The notes below the pieces were generated by a model. The model worked only from the letters and a program-made list of their open reading frames with translations. It had not been told where the DNA came from and did no database searches. A stretch of DNA of 64,000 nucleotides from an uncultured Nitrospiraceae bacterium (GTDB lineage Bacteria; Nitrospirota; Nitrospiria; Nitrospirales; Nitrospiraceae), in assembly GCA_963846575.1 (NCBI GenBank), contig CAWJWJ010000001.1, positions 640,001-704,000 of the forward strand, read 5' to 3'. Of the stretch, positions 19,769-31,025 are shown in pieces. Positions within the stretch are counted from its first letter, which is position 1, and each line of letters opens with the position of its first letter. A program made the position numbers and the translations under genes.

Positions 19769-20644
19769 ATGCGGGTAGCCTTGTTAGGAACCGGATTGCT
19801 GGGAGGGGCGGTGGCGGAACGATTGCATGCCACCGGCCACAGCCTGGCTGCCTATAACCGTACCCCGGAAAAAACTTTCTCACTTCGTGAGCGCGGCATT
19901 CGGATCGACGCCACTCCCGGAGGGGCCATGTCCGATGCCGAGGTGGTTCTCCTCCTCCTCACTGACGCGGCCGCTATCCGCTCAGTCCTCCTCGACGAGT
20001 CCACTCGCGAGTCGCTCAGAGGTCGCACCATTATTCAGATGGGCACAATCGGTCCGGAGGAAAGTCGTTCGATCCAACAGGAAATCTATCAGTTCGGGGG
20101 TCAATACCTGGAGGCGCCCGTTCTCGGCAGCATCACAGAAGCCCACGCCGGCAGGCTGCTGGTCATGGTCGGTGCGACGCAGGAGCAGTATGCCGAATTG
20201 GCACCGCTCTTACGTGCCCTCGGATCCGAGGTACATCTGATCGGTCCGGTCGGGAGTGCCGCAGTGTTAAAATTGGCCTTCAACCAGCTCATTGCCGCGG
20301 AGGTTGTGGCATTTGCCTTGAGCTTCGGATTGGTTCGGCGAGAGGGCGTTGGAACGGATATCTTTATGAGCCTGCTGCGTAAAAGCTCTCTGTATGCCCC
20401 GATGTTCGACAAAAAACTGGCCCGCATGTCGGAGCGGCATTATGACAGTCCTAACTTTTCGACTTCCCACTTGCTGAAAGATGTGGAATTAGTTCTCGGA
20501 GCGGCAGAAGGCAGGGGCCTGGCTACGAGAGGACTACAGGGTGTACAGGCGCTGCTCACCGACACCATCGCCGCAGGATTGGGGTCCGTGGACTACTCGG
20601 CCGTCCACGAGACGATTGATCCGCCGGAGCACCGCCGACCGTAA
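19769..20644 (+). CDS. NAD(P)-dependent beta-hydroxyacid dehydrogenase family oxidoreductase
   Basis: GTGLLG, YNRT, YLEAPVLGS, KLAFN and LLKD motifs. Confidence 0.9.
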   Translation: MRVALLGTGLLGGAVAERLHATGHSLAAYNRTPEKTFSLRERGIRIDATPGGAMSDAEVVLLLLTDAAAIRSVLLDESTRESLRGRTIIQMGTIGPEESRSIQQEIYQFGGQYLEAPVLGSITEAHAGRLLVMVGATQEQYAELAPLLRALGSEVHLIGPVGSAAVLKLAFNQLIAAEVVAFALSFGLVRREGVGTDIFMSLLRKSSLYAPMFDKKLARMSERHYDSPNFSTSHLLKDVELVLGAAEGRGLATRGLQGVQALLTDTIAAGLGSVDYSAVHETIDPPEHRRP

Positions 20645-20646
20645 GG

Positions 20647-21132
20647 TTATCGCGGAAATCGATCCATGGCCTGATTATCGGCCGTCGATTGCACCTTCAT
20701 CACATGAAACCTGCCTCCGGGCTTGTTGGGAGTTCCGTCATGTTCGATGCGGGTGTACCACCATCGCCCCTCACCTTCCGAGTAGTCAGGTGACAACGTG
20801 ATTTCGAAGCCGCCTTCCCGATCATTCGCACGCTGAGCCCAGGCTCCCGCCCAGCGGCGCTCGGAAAGCAGATCAGTCCGGAAATGGCCGTCCTTATAAT
20901 CATAGGTGCCGTTTCCATACCGATCCAGCCGCAGCGGCACGACCACCCCGCCTTCCTCATACTCCCATTCGCCCGCAAGCACCGCGTTCTCTTTCACTCC
21001 AGTCTGCTCAGAGACTTCAGGAGATCCGGGCATATTTGATGAAGAGCCCTGTGGCATCGGCGCATGGCCGCAGGCTGGCAAGGTTATCAGTCCGAAGGCT
21101 ATTGCGATGAAAGACAGAGTAGGGGTTTTCAT
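20647..21132 (-). CDS. Putative lipoprotein
   Basis: Lipobox LPAC; aromatic/Gly-rich beta domain. Confidence 0.7.
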   Translation of the reverse strand: MKTPTLSFIAIAFGLITLPACGHAPMPQGSSSNMPGSPEVSEQTGVKENAVLAGEWEYEEGGVVVPLRLDRYGNGTYDYKDGHFRTDLLSERRWAGAWAQRANDREGGFEITLSPDYSEGEGRWWYTRIEHDGTPNKPGGRFHVMKVQSTADNQAMDRFPR

Positions 21133-21335
21133 ACGGTAATCCTTGTAATGCTTCAAGACAATGGGCGACCTGGTACATCGCCCTAAGTTCTTTCATACCA
21201 CGCGTCTGAGCCTCGCTCAAGACTCCTCCGCGTTTTTGCTCCTATGCCCCTTAAGCGGTCTCTCTCGCCTAGGTCTAAGAGCGACAACCATAGGCCAATA
21301 GTCCCATCTATGGCGACTCATTCTGAAGCAGTGTC

Positions 21336-21362
21336 TCAAGGTCAGACATGCTTAACCGATAA
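21336..21362 (+). promoter_or_regulatory. Putative sigma28 (FliA) promoter
   Basis: TCAAG-N14-ACCGATAA, about 125 bp upstream of the hybrid kinase start. Confidence 0.55.
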
Positions 21363-21488
21363 AGGGAGACTGGGAAAGTTGCGTCAAAAACCATCCTGTC
21401 GATGACAGCTCACGCGAGTGCGGCCGCATGGAGCCCTCGTAGCGCAGGTGGACAAGTAACGGTCAGGAGGGCGACCCGAGCATAGGCG

Positions 21489-24400
21489 ATGACTGACAAT
21501 ACAATGAACAAGATCGCACCAACTCCTGATAACAACGTATCTTCCGCAACAGAGAGTCGATCCGTCCCGAAGATCGAACAGGAACCACGAACGGATGAGG
21601 TGGCTATTCTGGCGGCCACGATCTGTCAGGTTCCTTTCGTCAAGATCGGCTTGAACGCTCCTTTCCATCAGTGGTCAACGTCAGCCGGCGGAGTGCCGGA
21701 CTGCACCATGCCTTGTGACTGCGCCTTTTGTGTCCATGCAGTCCCACAGTGCGGCATCTTCGAGGTGCCAAACACGCTCGACGACGAGCGATTTGCGGCC
21801 CACCCGTTCGTGACGGGACCATCCCTCATTCGCTTTTATGCCGCAATCCCTCTAGTCAGCGCGGAAGGGCATGCGCTCGGGCACCTTGGTCTCATGGACC
21901 AGACCCCTCGACAACTGACACCCGGACAACGGGAAGCCCTCGCAGCCCTGGCACGTCAACTCGTCAGCCACCTGGATCTTTGCTTGCGCGTGAGGCAGCT
22001 GAATGAGGGGCTCGCGGCCAGGAACTCAGTACAGCTGGACCGAACATCGCTGCTATTTGCACTCGATCACGCCATCGACGGCATTGCCCTCCTCGATCAA
22101 TCCGGCTGTTTCACCTATGTCAATCAAGCCTTGGCTGCCATTTTCGGATATGCCGCAGATGAACTGATCGGGACGTCATGGCGGCAGCTGTATGCGCCCG
22201 AATGGGTGGCGAAGATCGACGAGGATGCTCTGCCCACGGTGATTGAGAGCGGCCGTTGGCATGGTGAAGCGATCGGCAGAAGAAAGACCGGATCCTCCAT
22301 CTGCACTGAAATCTCCCTGGTACTCTTCCCGGAGCAAAGGAACGGGAACAATTGGCTCCTGTGGACTTGTCGGGATCAAACCGCGCAAAAGGCTGCTCGC
22401 GAGGGCATTCTGGACGCGCAATCGCGACTCCTGGCGGTCCTGGACGCAGCGACGGAAGTCTCCATCATAGCGATGGACCCGGATGGAACGATCACGGTGT
22501 TCAATCGCGGGGCGGAATGGATGTTGGCCTATGACGCCGTGGAAATGATCGGGAAACAGACCGCGCTCCTGCTTCATCTCCCGGCTGAAATCGAATCCCG
22601 CAGCCGGGAACTTTCGGAACAGTGCGGCCGACCAATCGAGGGGTTCAACGTGCTCGTGGAAGAAGTCAGGCGAGGCACGCATGAAGAGCGCGAGTGGACC
22701 TATCTTCGCAAGGACGGCCAACACATTCCGGTGACTCTTTTGGTCACCGCCATGCGCGATGCGTCCGGCAATATCACGGGGTACCTGGGAATTGCCAAGG
22801 ATCTCACCGACTCCAAACAGGCGGAGGCAGCCTTGCGCGCGAGCGAGGAACGCTATCAAGTCGCCGTTCGAGGGTCGAGCGATGGCATCTGGGATTGGAA
22901 CGTCCTGACGAACGACATGTACTACTCCCCCAGATTCAAAGAACTGCTCGGGTACGAAGACCACGAAATCGCCAATGTCTTTTCCAGTCTCTCCTCACGG
23001 CTGCATGGCGACGACGCACGCATGTTCACGGAGGCCGTGGAGGCGCACCTGACCGGGAGACGGCCCTACGATGTCGAGTACCGGTTACGCACCAAAACCG
23101 GCCGCTATCGCTGGTTTCGAGCGCGCGGCCAAGCGGTATGGAATGAGCAGGGGCTGGCGGTGCGAATGGCAGGATCGATCACAGATATCACCGAGAAGAG
23201 GACGGCCGAGGAGGCCCTGGCCACTGCCGCGGCGGAGCTGGCTGGCCGGAACGTCGAACTCCAGCAGGCACGAGACCACGCGCTGGCAGCGACGAAGGCA
23301 AAATCCGAGTTCCTAGCCACCATGAGCCACGAAATCCGGACTCCGATGAATGCCATCATCGGCATGGCCGAACTCCTCCAGGAGACGACGCTGTCTCAGG
23401 TGCAACAGGAGTACGTCGACCGCTTCAGCCGCGCAGCTGCCGGCTTGCTCGACCTGATCAATGACATCCTGGACCTTTCGAAAATCGAAGCCGGCCATGT
23501 AGAGCTGGAGTCGATCCCCTTCGATCTCCACGATCTCATCGACAAAACCGCGGAATCGATGTCTGTTCGTGCCCATGCCAAACACATCGAACTGATCGCG
23601 TTCGTACATCCGGACGTGCCCGGCTCCTTGTTGGGCGATCCCACACGCCTGCGCCAGGTGCTGATTAATCTTGCCGGCAATGCCATCAAATTCACGGAGC
23701 GAGGGGAAGTTGCGCTCACGGTGGAGCGGGCGGGCGATCAGTCTGCGCCGGTCGCACTGCGCTTTTCGATCAGGGACACCGGCATTGGGATTCCTCAGGA
23801 AAAAATCGGCGCCATCTTTGACAGCTTCACACAGGTCGATTCCTCCACCACACGCAAATACGGCGGGACCGGACTCGGATTGGCCATCTCGAGACGCATT
23901 GTGGGGCTCATGGGAAGCCGCATCGATGTGCAAAGCGTCGTCGGTCGCGGGAGCACCTTCTCCTTCGTTCTCCAGTTGGAAGAGGCGCCACCCCTGGAAT
24001 CCTCGGCGATGGTGCCCGCGCTGGATCTCCGGGGCCGCCGCATCCTGATCGTGGATGACAGTGAAACCCACCGGATGATCGTTCGGGAACATCTCTCCCC
24101 GATGGGAGCCCTGATCATCGAATCGCCCGACGCCACATCTGCCTTGATGGCCTTGGACGCGGCTCATCAGCGGAACGAGCCGATTCACCTCGCCATACTG
24201 GACTGTAACCTTCCGGACATACATGGGATCGAGCTGGCACGGGCCATCCGCCAACGCCCGCTGGACGCCACACTCCCCCTGGTGATGCATACTGCGGATG
24301 TGCGGCGCGCAACCGCACGCCGGGCCGATCAATTGAACATCGCCAGTTACGTCTACAAACCAATCAGCCGGAAACGGCTCCTGGCCTCACTGGCCGGAGT

Positions 24401-24866
24401 GTTGCAACAAGTGCCATTCGTCCCCGCCGTGCAGAGGCCCATACCATCTGCGCCCGACCTTTCCACTCAGCCGACAATCCCCATCCTGCTCGTCGAGGAT
24501 TTGGAAGACAACCGCGATCTCATCACACTGTTCCTGAAGGGGATGCCGTACCAGCTGGACGTCGCAGAGAACGGATCTGTGGGCGTGGAAAAGTTTCAAT
24601 CCGGTAGCTACGGCCTCGTGTTGATGGATATTCAAATGCCCGTCATGGACGGCTATCAGGCCACGAGCGCCATAAGGGCGTGGGAACGGAGCCGGGGACA
24701 GGAGCCCACCCCGATCATCGCCCTCTCGGCCAATGCATTCAAGGATGACATCGACAAGAGCATGGCCGCCGGCTGTACCACGCATCTGACAAAGCCCATC
24801 AAAAAGCAGACCCTACTGGAGGCCATTGCGACCTATAGCAGGATGCGCGCCGGCAGAGCTGCTTAG
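21489..24866 (+). CDS. Cytoplasmic hybrid sensor histidine kinase (GAF-PAS-PAS-PAS-HisKA-HATPase-REC-REC)
   Basis: [15 protein letters not shown]-box, NAIKFT, DTGIG, GGTGLGL, and two intact receivers (ILDCNLP..KP; LMDIQMP..KP); no TM segment seen. Confidence 0.95.
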   Translation: MTDNTMNKIAPTPDNNVSSATESRSVPKIEQEPRTDEVAILAATICQVPFVKIGLNAPFHQWSTSAGGVPDCTMPCDCAFCVHAVPQCGIFEVPNTLDDERFAAHPFVTGPSLIRFYAAIPLVSAEGHALGHLGLMDQTPRQLTPGQREALAALARQLVSHLDLCLRVRQLNEGLAARNSVQLDRTSLLFALDHAIDGIALLDQSGCFTYVNQALAAIFGYAADELIGTSWRQLYAPEWVAKIDEDALPTVIESGRWHGEAIGRRKTGSSICTEISLVLFPEQRNGNNWLLWTCRDQTAQKAAREGILDAQSRLLAVLDAATEVSIIAMDPDGTITVFNRGAEWMLAYDAVEMIGKQTALLLHLPAEIESRSRELSEQCGRPIEGFNVLVEEVRRGTHEEREWTYLRKDGQHIPVTLLVTAMRDASGNITGYLGIAKDLTDSKQAEAALRASEERYQVAVRGSSDGIWDWNVLTNDMYYSPRFKELLGYEDHEIANVFSSLSSRLHGDDARMFTEAVEAHLTGRRPYDVEYRLRTKTGRYRWFRARGQAVWNEQGLAVRMAGSITDITEKRTAEEALATAAAELAGRNVELQQARDHALAATKAKSEFLATMSHEIRTPMNAIIGMAELLQETTLSQVQQEYVDRFSRAAAGLLDLINDILDLSKIEAGHVELESIPFDLHDLIDKTAESMSVRAHAKHIELIAFVHPDVPGSLLGDPTRLRQVLINLAGNAIKFTERGEVALTVERAGDQSAPVALRFSIRDTGIGIPQEKIGAIFDSFTQVDSSTTRKYGGTGLGLAISRRIVGLMGSRIDVQSVVGRGSTFSFVLQLEEAPPLESSAMVPALDLRGRRILIVDDSETHRMIVREHLSPMGALIIESPDATSALMALDAAHQRNEPIHLAILDCNLPDIHGIELARAIRQRPLDATLPLVMHTADVRRATARRADQLNIASYVYKPISRKRLLASLAGVLQQVPFVPAVQRPIPSAPDLSTQPTIPILLVEDLEDNRDLITLFLKGMPYQLDVAENGSVGVEKFQSGSYGLVLMDIQMPVMDGYQATSAIRAWERSRGQEPTPIIALSANAFKDDIDKSMAAGCTTHLTKPIKKQTLLEAIATYSRMRAGRAA

Positions 24867-24985
24867 GTCAGAGTCACCGGCACGTTCGACTGATCCCGGG
24901 CGAAGGCCTCTCGGACCGAGTGACACGAATCTGCTGGAAAACCAGTTGCCGTTGCCGGAGTAAACCTGTGGAAGGAGGCCGCCTG

Positions 24986-25321
24986 ATGAGTGACATTGCC
25001 CAGACATCCGCAAACCCTGGATGGGAGCCGATCGTGGTCCATGTCGATGCCACGTACGAGCCGCTGGTGCCCAAGTTCATGAGCAATCGAAAAAAAGAAA
25101 TCACTGCCATGACGGACGCCGTGGCGCAGGGCGACTTCGAGACGGTCAAGAATGTCGCCCACGGAATGAAGGGGGTCAGCGGAAGTTATGGATTTCCAGA
25201 GATGAGCACCGTCGCAGCTCGATTGGAACAGGCCGCTGAGACTGCGGATGCAGGATTGATTCGGAGCGACCTCGTGGCGTTGGCCTCCTACCTTGATCGC
25301 GTCGTCATCGTCTATGACTGA
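24986..25321 (+). CDS. Hpt phosphotransfer protein
   Basis: AHGMKGVSGSYG motif; AAGGAGG SD. Confidence 0.92.
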   Translation: MSDIAQTSANPGWEPIVVHVDATYEPLVPKFMSNRKKEITAMTDAVAQGDFETVKNVAHGMKGVSGSYGFPEMSTVAARLEQAAETADAGLIRSDLVALASYLDRVVIVYD

Positions 25322-25420
25322 TCACAAGAAACTACCCGGTGCCACGGATAGGACAAAGCTGATTCACGGGTGATTCTCGTCATGACGCGCTGATGCAGAA
25401 GGAGAAAATGAATGGGAGGC

Positions 25421-25834
25421 ATGACCGATTATCACACCTCACCCGGATTGACCGTCCTGCTTGTGAAAGATGGAGAAGACACGGAATGTCTGTTGGAATT
25501 CGTGCTACGAAAGCATGGGTATCGAGTGATTCACTCCAAGAGCAATCGCCATGCGAGGAACCTGATCCTATCGATGGAACCTCCGGATGCCGTGTTATTG
25601 GCGTTGCACCTATCCGACGCGACCGGTCTCGACCTGCTTGCGCATCTACGTGCCCAGCCTCACTGGAAGACCGTACCCATCGCCATGCTGACCACTCAGG
25701 CCGAGAGCGTCGATCTGGCTGAGGCGGCGCGGCTCGGAGCCCATGACCATATTCTCACGCCGATCAGCCCGACCAGGCTGGTTACAAGGCTGAACCGCTT
25801 ACTGCTGCAGGCTCCAAAGAAAACGCCCGGGTGA
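25421..25834 (+). CDS. Single-domain receiver-fold protein lacking the phosphoacceptor Asp (pseudo-receiver)
   Basis: REC fold pattern with VLLVKDG, PDAVLLALHL (D to A) and HILTP (K to T). Confidence 0.85.
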   Translation: MTDYHTSPGLTVLLVKDGEDTECLLEFVLRKHGYRVIHSKSNRHARNLILSMEPPDAVLLALHLSDATGLDLLAHLRAQPHWKTVPIAMLTTQAESVDLAEAARLGAHDHILTPISPTRLVTRLNRLLLQAPKKTPG

Positions 25835-26035
25835 ACCTGATGGCGTTCGCCGCGCCCTGAACGCAGCACCTATGAGCGATCCATGCAAGTGACTGCCCGC
25901 CGTGAACCGGCAGCGTTATTGATGGCAGCTATGGGAGAGCCCGCGATCCTGGAAATTTCGGCTACCGACAACTCAGTTCCGTCAGGAAGTTGGCAGCTGC
26001 GACGAACGGGACCGGTATGTGGATGGGCGCTGTCG

Positions 26036-27187
26036 TTACCTCAACTGCTCGATGTATCGACTGGCCTGCTCCAGATCTTCGTCGGTTTTCGCCATACAGA
26101 ACCGCATGAAGCGACTTCCCTCAGGACCTTCGAAGAACGCTTCGCCCGGGACTCCTGCCACCCGCGTCTTGTCCAGTAAATACATGGCCCGGTCCCGTCC
26201 CGTCTTTCCCGGAAGGCGAGACACATCCGCCAGCACATAGTAGGCACCTTGTGGAATGCAAGGAGGCAGACCGGCCTTGTCCAATGCCTGGCAGAACCGA
26301 TCCCGCTTCTGTTGATAGTCCGTCGAGAGGCTCGCGTAAAACGATCCGGGCAGGTCGCGAATCCCGGCCGCGACACCATACTGCAGTGGAGTCGGCGCGC
26401 AGACATAGAGGACATCGCTCATGGCCCCGATGGCCTTGGCCCATGTCGCCTCCGCCACGCTGTAGCCGATGCGCCATCCGGTGATGCTGAACGTTTTTGA
26501 ATACCCGCCTATAGTGATGGTCCGTTCCGACATGTTCGGTAGGGAAGCCATGCTGACGTGCTCACGCCCATCAAATACAAAATATTCATAAATCTCGTCG
26601 GTGATCACCAGCACATCGTGGCGACAGGCGATCTCCGCGATCTGCGCCAACTCACTCCGCGTAAATATCTTTCCCGAAGGGTTCCCGGGAGTATTCACCA
26701 CGAGGGCCTTGGTCCTGGGGGTAATGGCCTGTTCCAATGCCTGCACGTCCCAACTCCAGTCCGGCGCGCGCATCGTCACATAGCGGGGAGTCGCCTCAAC
26801 TGCAAGGATGGCTTGGATGTGATAGGCGTAGAACGGCTCGAAGAGAACGACTTCGTCGCCCGGGTTGAGCAGGGCCATACAGGTTGCCTGGAAGGAGCCT
26901 GTCGCTCCGGCGCTCACGGTGATATTCGTGTCCGGATCCGCCGTGAGGCGATTGTAAGCCGCTAACTTGGTCGCAATGGCTTGACGTAATTCCGGAATGC
27001 CGTCATACCGCGAATAAATGTTCCGTCCCTGCGCCATGGCGTCTTTGGCAGCCTGCACCACCTCCGGAGGAACCGGGGTATCGCACACCCCCTGAGACAT
27101 ATTGATCCCTTGAACCTTCGCACAGGCGAGGGTCATAGCGCGGATGTCGGATTGGGCCAGGCGCACGGTGCGGTCGCTTTTGTTCAT
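26036..27187 (-). CDS. PLP-dependent aminotransferase class I/II
   Basis: NTPGNPSG, DEIYE and SKTFSITGWRIG motifs. Confidence 0.95.
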   Translation of the reverse strand: MNKSDRTVRLAQSDIRAMTLACAKVQGINMSQGVCDTPVPPEVVQAAKDAMAQGRNIYSRYDGIPELRQAIATKLAAYNRLTADPDTNITVSAGATGSFQATCMALLNPGDEVVLFEPFYAYHIQAILAVEATPRYVTMRAPDWSWDVQALEQAITPRTKALVVNTPGNPSGKIFTRSELAQIAEIACRHDVLVITDEIYEYFVFDGREHVSMASLPNMSERTITIGGYSKTFSITGWRIGYSVAEATWAKAIGAMSDVLYVCAPTPLQYGVAAGIRDLPGSFYASLSTDYQQKRDRFCQALDKAGLPPCIPQGAYYVLADVSRLPGKTGRDRAMYLLDKTRVAGVPGEAFFEGPEGSRFMRFCMAKTDEDLEQASRYIEQLR

Positions 27188-27470
27188 TTACATTCCTCGG
27201 TATGTTCGGCCGATATCCCATCGCCGGTCTGGAGCCAGTCACGCGATCCAAGTCACCCTCCGGCGGCGACACACGCCATCCCCCTCAGGCCGGCCGCCCT
27301 ATCCCCCGTTCCCATGACCGGAACGCTTCCCTGCACGCTCTTCCCGTACCCCGTTCTGCGAAAAAATGCAATCGCCGCGGGCGGCTGACACAGAAATCTG
27401 TGGCGGGATAAAGGCGTTTTCCGGATGGAGATGACTCTCAGAAGCCACGAGAGATCGAACCAGGGTCAGA

Positions 27471-28142
27471 CTAGCGACGAACCGAGCTCACCCAGACAGC
27501 CGCCAGGGGCGCATCCCTCATGAAACGGGCGTACTGCCGCAACACGCGTTCGACATAAACCTGGGTGCCAGGGAGTGACTCCGTGCCGACGGCCTGACTC
27601 ACTCGCCGCTCTCCGGCATGATAGGCCGCCAGTGCCAGCGACAGATCGCCCTCGAATCGATCCAACAACCGCCGCAGGAGCGCCGCGCCTGCGCGAATGT
27701 TGTCGTCCGGATCGAAGGGATCCAGTACATTCAGCGCGGCGGCGGTCAACGGCATCAACTGCATCAACCCGATCGCGCCCTTCGATGACACGGCCTGCGG
27801 GTTGAAATCTGACTCCACCTTGATCACCGCCTGTATCAGCGCCGGATCGAGTCCGTACTGTTCGGCATGGGTGGCGATGAGGGACGGGATCGATTTAGTG
27901 GGACGAGGTATGTCCAGATCCGTCATGCCGGGATCCGGTGTCAGACGGTTCAGCGACGGCATGATTACCGTCAGGCAGACTGCGATCACCAGCGGGCAGA
28001 GCGCGCGCGCCACCTGAATACCACGAGATTGCCAATCCGAATGGCGCATGATGAAAAACCGGCTCGAACTCTGTGGGCCGAGGGTTTCAAAGATCCTCAT
28101 GAGGTCTTTCGCCACTATTCCACGGAGAGGGAGGATGCACAA
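27471..28142 (-). CDS. Lytic transglycosylase (SLT domain)
   Basis: AVIKVES, GAIGLMQLMP and ALAAYHAG motifs; start uncertain. Confidence 0.9.
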   Translation of the reverse strand: MCILPLRGIVAKDLMRIFETLGPQSSSRFFIMRHSDWQSRGIQVARALCPLVIAVCLTVIMPSLNRLTPDPGMTDLDIPRPTKSIPSLIATHAEQYGLDPALIQAVIKVESDFNPQAVSSKGAIGLMQLMPLTAAALNVLDPFDPDDNIRAGAALLRRLLDRFEGDLSLALAAYHAGERRVSQAVGTESLPGTQVYVERVLRQYARFMRDAPLAAVWVSSVRR

Positions 28143-28392
28143 GAAAATGACAAAAACCGGTCTCCCGCGATGCGCCGTGACTGTGCCGGCTCAGAGCAGG
28201 AAGCTTAACCCGCGATCGAATCGAGTGGTGGGCCTCTGGGGAGTGAGGAACGATGGAAGAACGGGTAGTCGGCGGAATAGCCTCGAACGCCAGGGATGAC
28301 CGAACATCATTCCTGGAGCCCCGTCATGGCGGGAATTGGTCGGCGCAGGCTGTCCCGAATCTCACGGACTCGCTGAACCCTGACCAGCACCG

Positions 28393-28809
28393 CTATTCTT
28401 TGCGGAGCGCAACGTGCTCCTTGAGCCAGCAACGATCCATCACAACCTGCAGTCCGGCCTGGCGGGCTCGTGCAGCGGCCGCCTCGTCGATGACGCCCTC
28501 CTGGAGCCAGACCGCTTTGGCTTTGACCTGAATAGCCTCATCCACGATTGAGCCCGCCTCCGCGGATCGCCTAAAGATATTAACCAGATCGATCGGGCCA
28601 GGCACTGACGAGAGCGACGGATAAGCGGGTTGACCCAACACGCTCGTCTCATGAGGATTCACGGGAATGATCACCTTGCCCTGCTGTTGCATATACGCGG
28701 CCACCCGATAGGACGGGCGGACCGGATTCGACGACAATCCCACCACCGCGATGGTCCGACAGTCCCGGAGCAGAGCCACTGCCAACTCCGGCGAGAGAGC
28801 CTCCCTCAC
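28393..28809 (-). CDS. CoA-binding protein (YccU-like)
   Basis: IAVVGLS..RPSY, IPVNP, VWLQEG and VVMDRC motifs; GTG start overlaps the msrA stop. Confidence 0.9.
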   Translation of the reverse strand: MREALSPELAVALLRDCRTIAVVGLSSNPVRPSYRVAAYMQQQGKVIIPVNPHETSVLGQPAYPSLSSVPGPIDLVNIFRRSAEAGSIVDEAIQVKAKAVWLQEGVIDEAAAARARQAGLQVVMDRCWLKEHVALRKE

Positions 28810-29435
28810 GAAGCTCCCCACAGTTCTTCCAAGCGGTTGGCTCGCCCGCAATTGAACTTGTAGAATTTGTACCGGATCGGATTCTTCTTATAAAAATCCT
28901 GGTGATACTCCTCCGCCGGATAAAACTTGGAGGCCATCACGAGTTCCGTGACAATGGGCTGCGCGAACCGTTTGGCTTGCTCGATCGCCCGTTTCGACTC
29001 TTCTGCGATGCGTTGCTGTTCCTCGGTCTGATAGAAAATCACCGACCGATACTGGCTGCCGTGGTCGCAGAACTGCGCATCGGGCGTCACCGGGTCGACG
29101 TTATGCCAGAACGCATCGAGCAGCTGGGTATAGGTGACCTTGTCCGGATCGTACGACACCTCCACCGCCTCGGCATGGCCTGTTGCTCCAGCGGACACCT
29201 CTTCGTAACTCGGGTTCTCGACCCGTCCGCCCATGTACCCGCTGGTCACGGAGGTGACACCGGGGATCTTTTCAAACACCTCCTCCATACACCAAAAACA
29301 GCCTCCGGCAAAGAAGGCCTTGGAGGGTCCGGCCTGAACGGCTGCCTGGGTCGCCAGAACGACAACGCCGGGTGCGAGCAGGAGCAGGCAAAACATTCCG
29401 TAAAACATGAACCGTCGTGGAGCATTCATGAGCAT
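28806..29435 (-). CDS. msrA: Peptide-methionine (S)-S-oxide reductase, probably exported
   Basis: GGCFWC, TGHAE and AEEYHQ motifs; N-terminal signal peptide. Confidence 0.96.
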   Translation of the reverse strand: MLMNAPRRFMFYGMFCLLLLAPGVVVLATQAAVQAGPSKAFFAGGCFWCMEEVFEKIPGVTSVTSGYMGGRVENPSYEEVSAGATGHAEAVEVSYDPDKVTYTQLLDAFWHNVDPVTPDAQFCDHGSQYRSVIFYQTEEQQRIAEESKRAIEQAKRFAQPIVTELVMASKFYPAEEYHQDFYKKNPIRYKFYKFNCGRANRLEELWGAS

Positions 29436-29615
29436 CGTCCTCCCTGCAGGTAAGTGGACTTTCCTGTCACCATCTTACCGGAAAGCCCTTGGCTTCTGCC
29501 GGATGGTCTCCAGGCCTGCTACTCGTTATCTACGAACCGGAACGACACATGGATGTGCCGGAGGTGGGGCGACAGAGCGAGGAGTGGACCAGAAGGAAGG
29601 AAGATGCGGCGACCG

Positions 29616-30149
29616 CTACAGGCATCCCCAGGATCGCGCACCCTGAACCATATCAGGCTGCCGGCGTTCGAACTGTTTCATCATGAGCGTAATGGCTTCT
29701 TCCGGGTTGTCCACGGCAGCAACCAACCGTCCCCCCAGTTTCTTGAAAAACTTGGCTTCAGCCGGCGTCGCCCCCACCAGGATGACCGGTTTTCCCGCCT
29801 TCAGGGCGAGCGCCACCTCCGAGACGGTGCCTGCTCCCGTCAACCCGCAGGCGACTATCACATTGCTCGACATGACATTGACGTTGTTGCGGGCATTGCC
29901 CATGTCGGTGATGATAGCCACATCAACAAACTTCGAGACCCGTTCCCGCGCCGAAGGGAGCACGCCGATCGTCAGGCTGCCGGGAACGAGTTTGGCCCCC
30001 TGAGAGGCCGCCTCCATCACGCCCACGGCGCGACCGCCTGTCAGCACCACCCACTCCCGTCGCGCGATCAACTCGCCGAGGACGCGGGCATTGTCGAGGT
30101 CTTTTTTTCTGGCCTTGGCAGGACCCATGACGCCCACAATGTATCTCAT
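29616..30149 (-). CDS. LOG/SLOG-superfamily Rossmann-fold protein (TIGR00725-like)
   Basis: LTGG..GVMEA, T.MGNARN and GTVSE motifs. Confidence 0.85.
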   Translation of the reverse strand: MRYIVGVMGPAKARKKDLDNARVLGELIARREWVVLTGGRAVGVMEAASQGAKLVPGSLTIGVLPSARERVSKFVDVAIITDMGNARNNVNVMSSNVIVACGLTGAGTVSEVALALKAGKPVILVGATPAEAKFFKKLGGRLVAAVDNPEEAITLMMKQFERRQPDMVQGARSWGCL

Positions 30150-30156
30150 GCCATCC

Positions 30157-30975
30157 TTACAGGCGGCCGCCGCACTGCGGCTGCCACCAGCCGCTGACCG
30201 CCACGGTCGCATAATACATGGCCCAGGCCTCTGGATCATCGGCTAGCCGGCAATACAGATCGATATCGGCACTCTCGACCATGCCTGTCGCCACATACTT
30301 CACCCGCAGTTGTTCTGCGGACAGCTTCATGAGCTGTGGAATGAGCTCGCCTCCGGCCGACAGATGGCCCTCATAGTCCACCGTGAGTTGGCTCAGATGA
30401 TGCTGCTGGTAGAGGGCAGGCAACTTCGCTCCCAGCGCATGGTCCATCCCGATCGAGGTGAACATGCGTTCAATGGCGTCATTGACACGGCCGAAGGCGG
30501 CCCGCGCTTCGTCCGGGCCGGCGATCGCCCGGGCCCCTTGGAAATCGGGTTCTTCGATGACCACCCAGCCGCCCGGTTTGACACAGCGCAACATGCGCTC
30601 AAAAGCTTTGCGGTACTCCGCGATGTGGATCAGGACATACCGCGCATGCACCAGATCGAATGTGGCCGGAGGGAGGTCGACGTCACAAATATCCCCATTG
30701 AGAATCTCGATGGTCGAGCTACTGCTATGCCGCAAGAAACGCGGATTGCTGTCAAGGGCGACCACTTTCCCCGACGGACCCACCCGCTGTTCCAACCAGC
30801 GCACAATGGAACCGGCCCCTGCTCCGACTTCCAAACAATGCCATCCGGTGGTCAGGCCGGTCGCCAGCATCCGGCGTTGGGTGCCGGAATCGAAAATCCG
30901 CTCCAACATCTGCAACCGTTCGAGCTCGCGTGGCTCTTCCGCCGCCTGAAACACATAATCTGTCACGTGGCTCAT
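30157..30975 (-). CDS. Class I SAM-dependent methyltransferase
   Basis: LEVGAGAG, FDLVHAR and KPGG motifs. Confidence 0.9.
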   Translation of the reverse strand: MSHVTDYVFQAAEEPRELERLQMLERIFDSGTQRRMLATGLTTGWHCLEVGAGAGSIVRWLEQRVGPSGKVVALDSNPRFLRHSSSSTIEILNGDICDVDLPPATFDLVHARYVLIHIAEYRKAFERMLRCVKPGGWVVIEEPDFQGARAIAGPDEARAAFGRVNDAIERMFTSIGMDHALGAKLPALYQQHHLSQLTVDYEGHLSAGGELIPQLMKLSAEQLRVKYVATGMVESADIDLYCRLADDPEAWAMYYATVAVSGWWQPQCGGRL

Positions 30976-31025
30976 CCTTTGTTTGGGGCCATCGGGAAGC
31001 GCCGGCCTTGATGGGTCATGACTGT

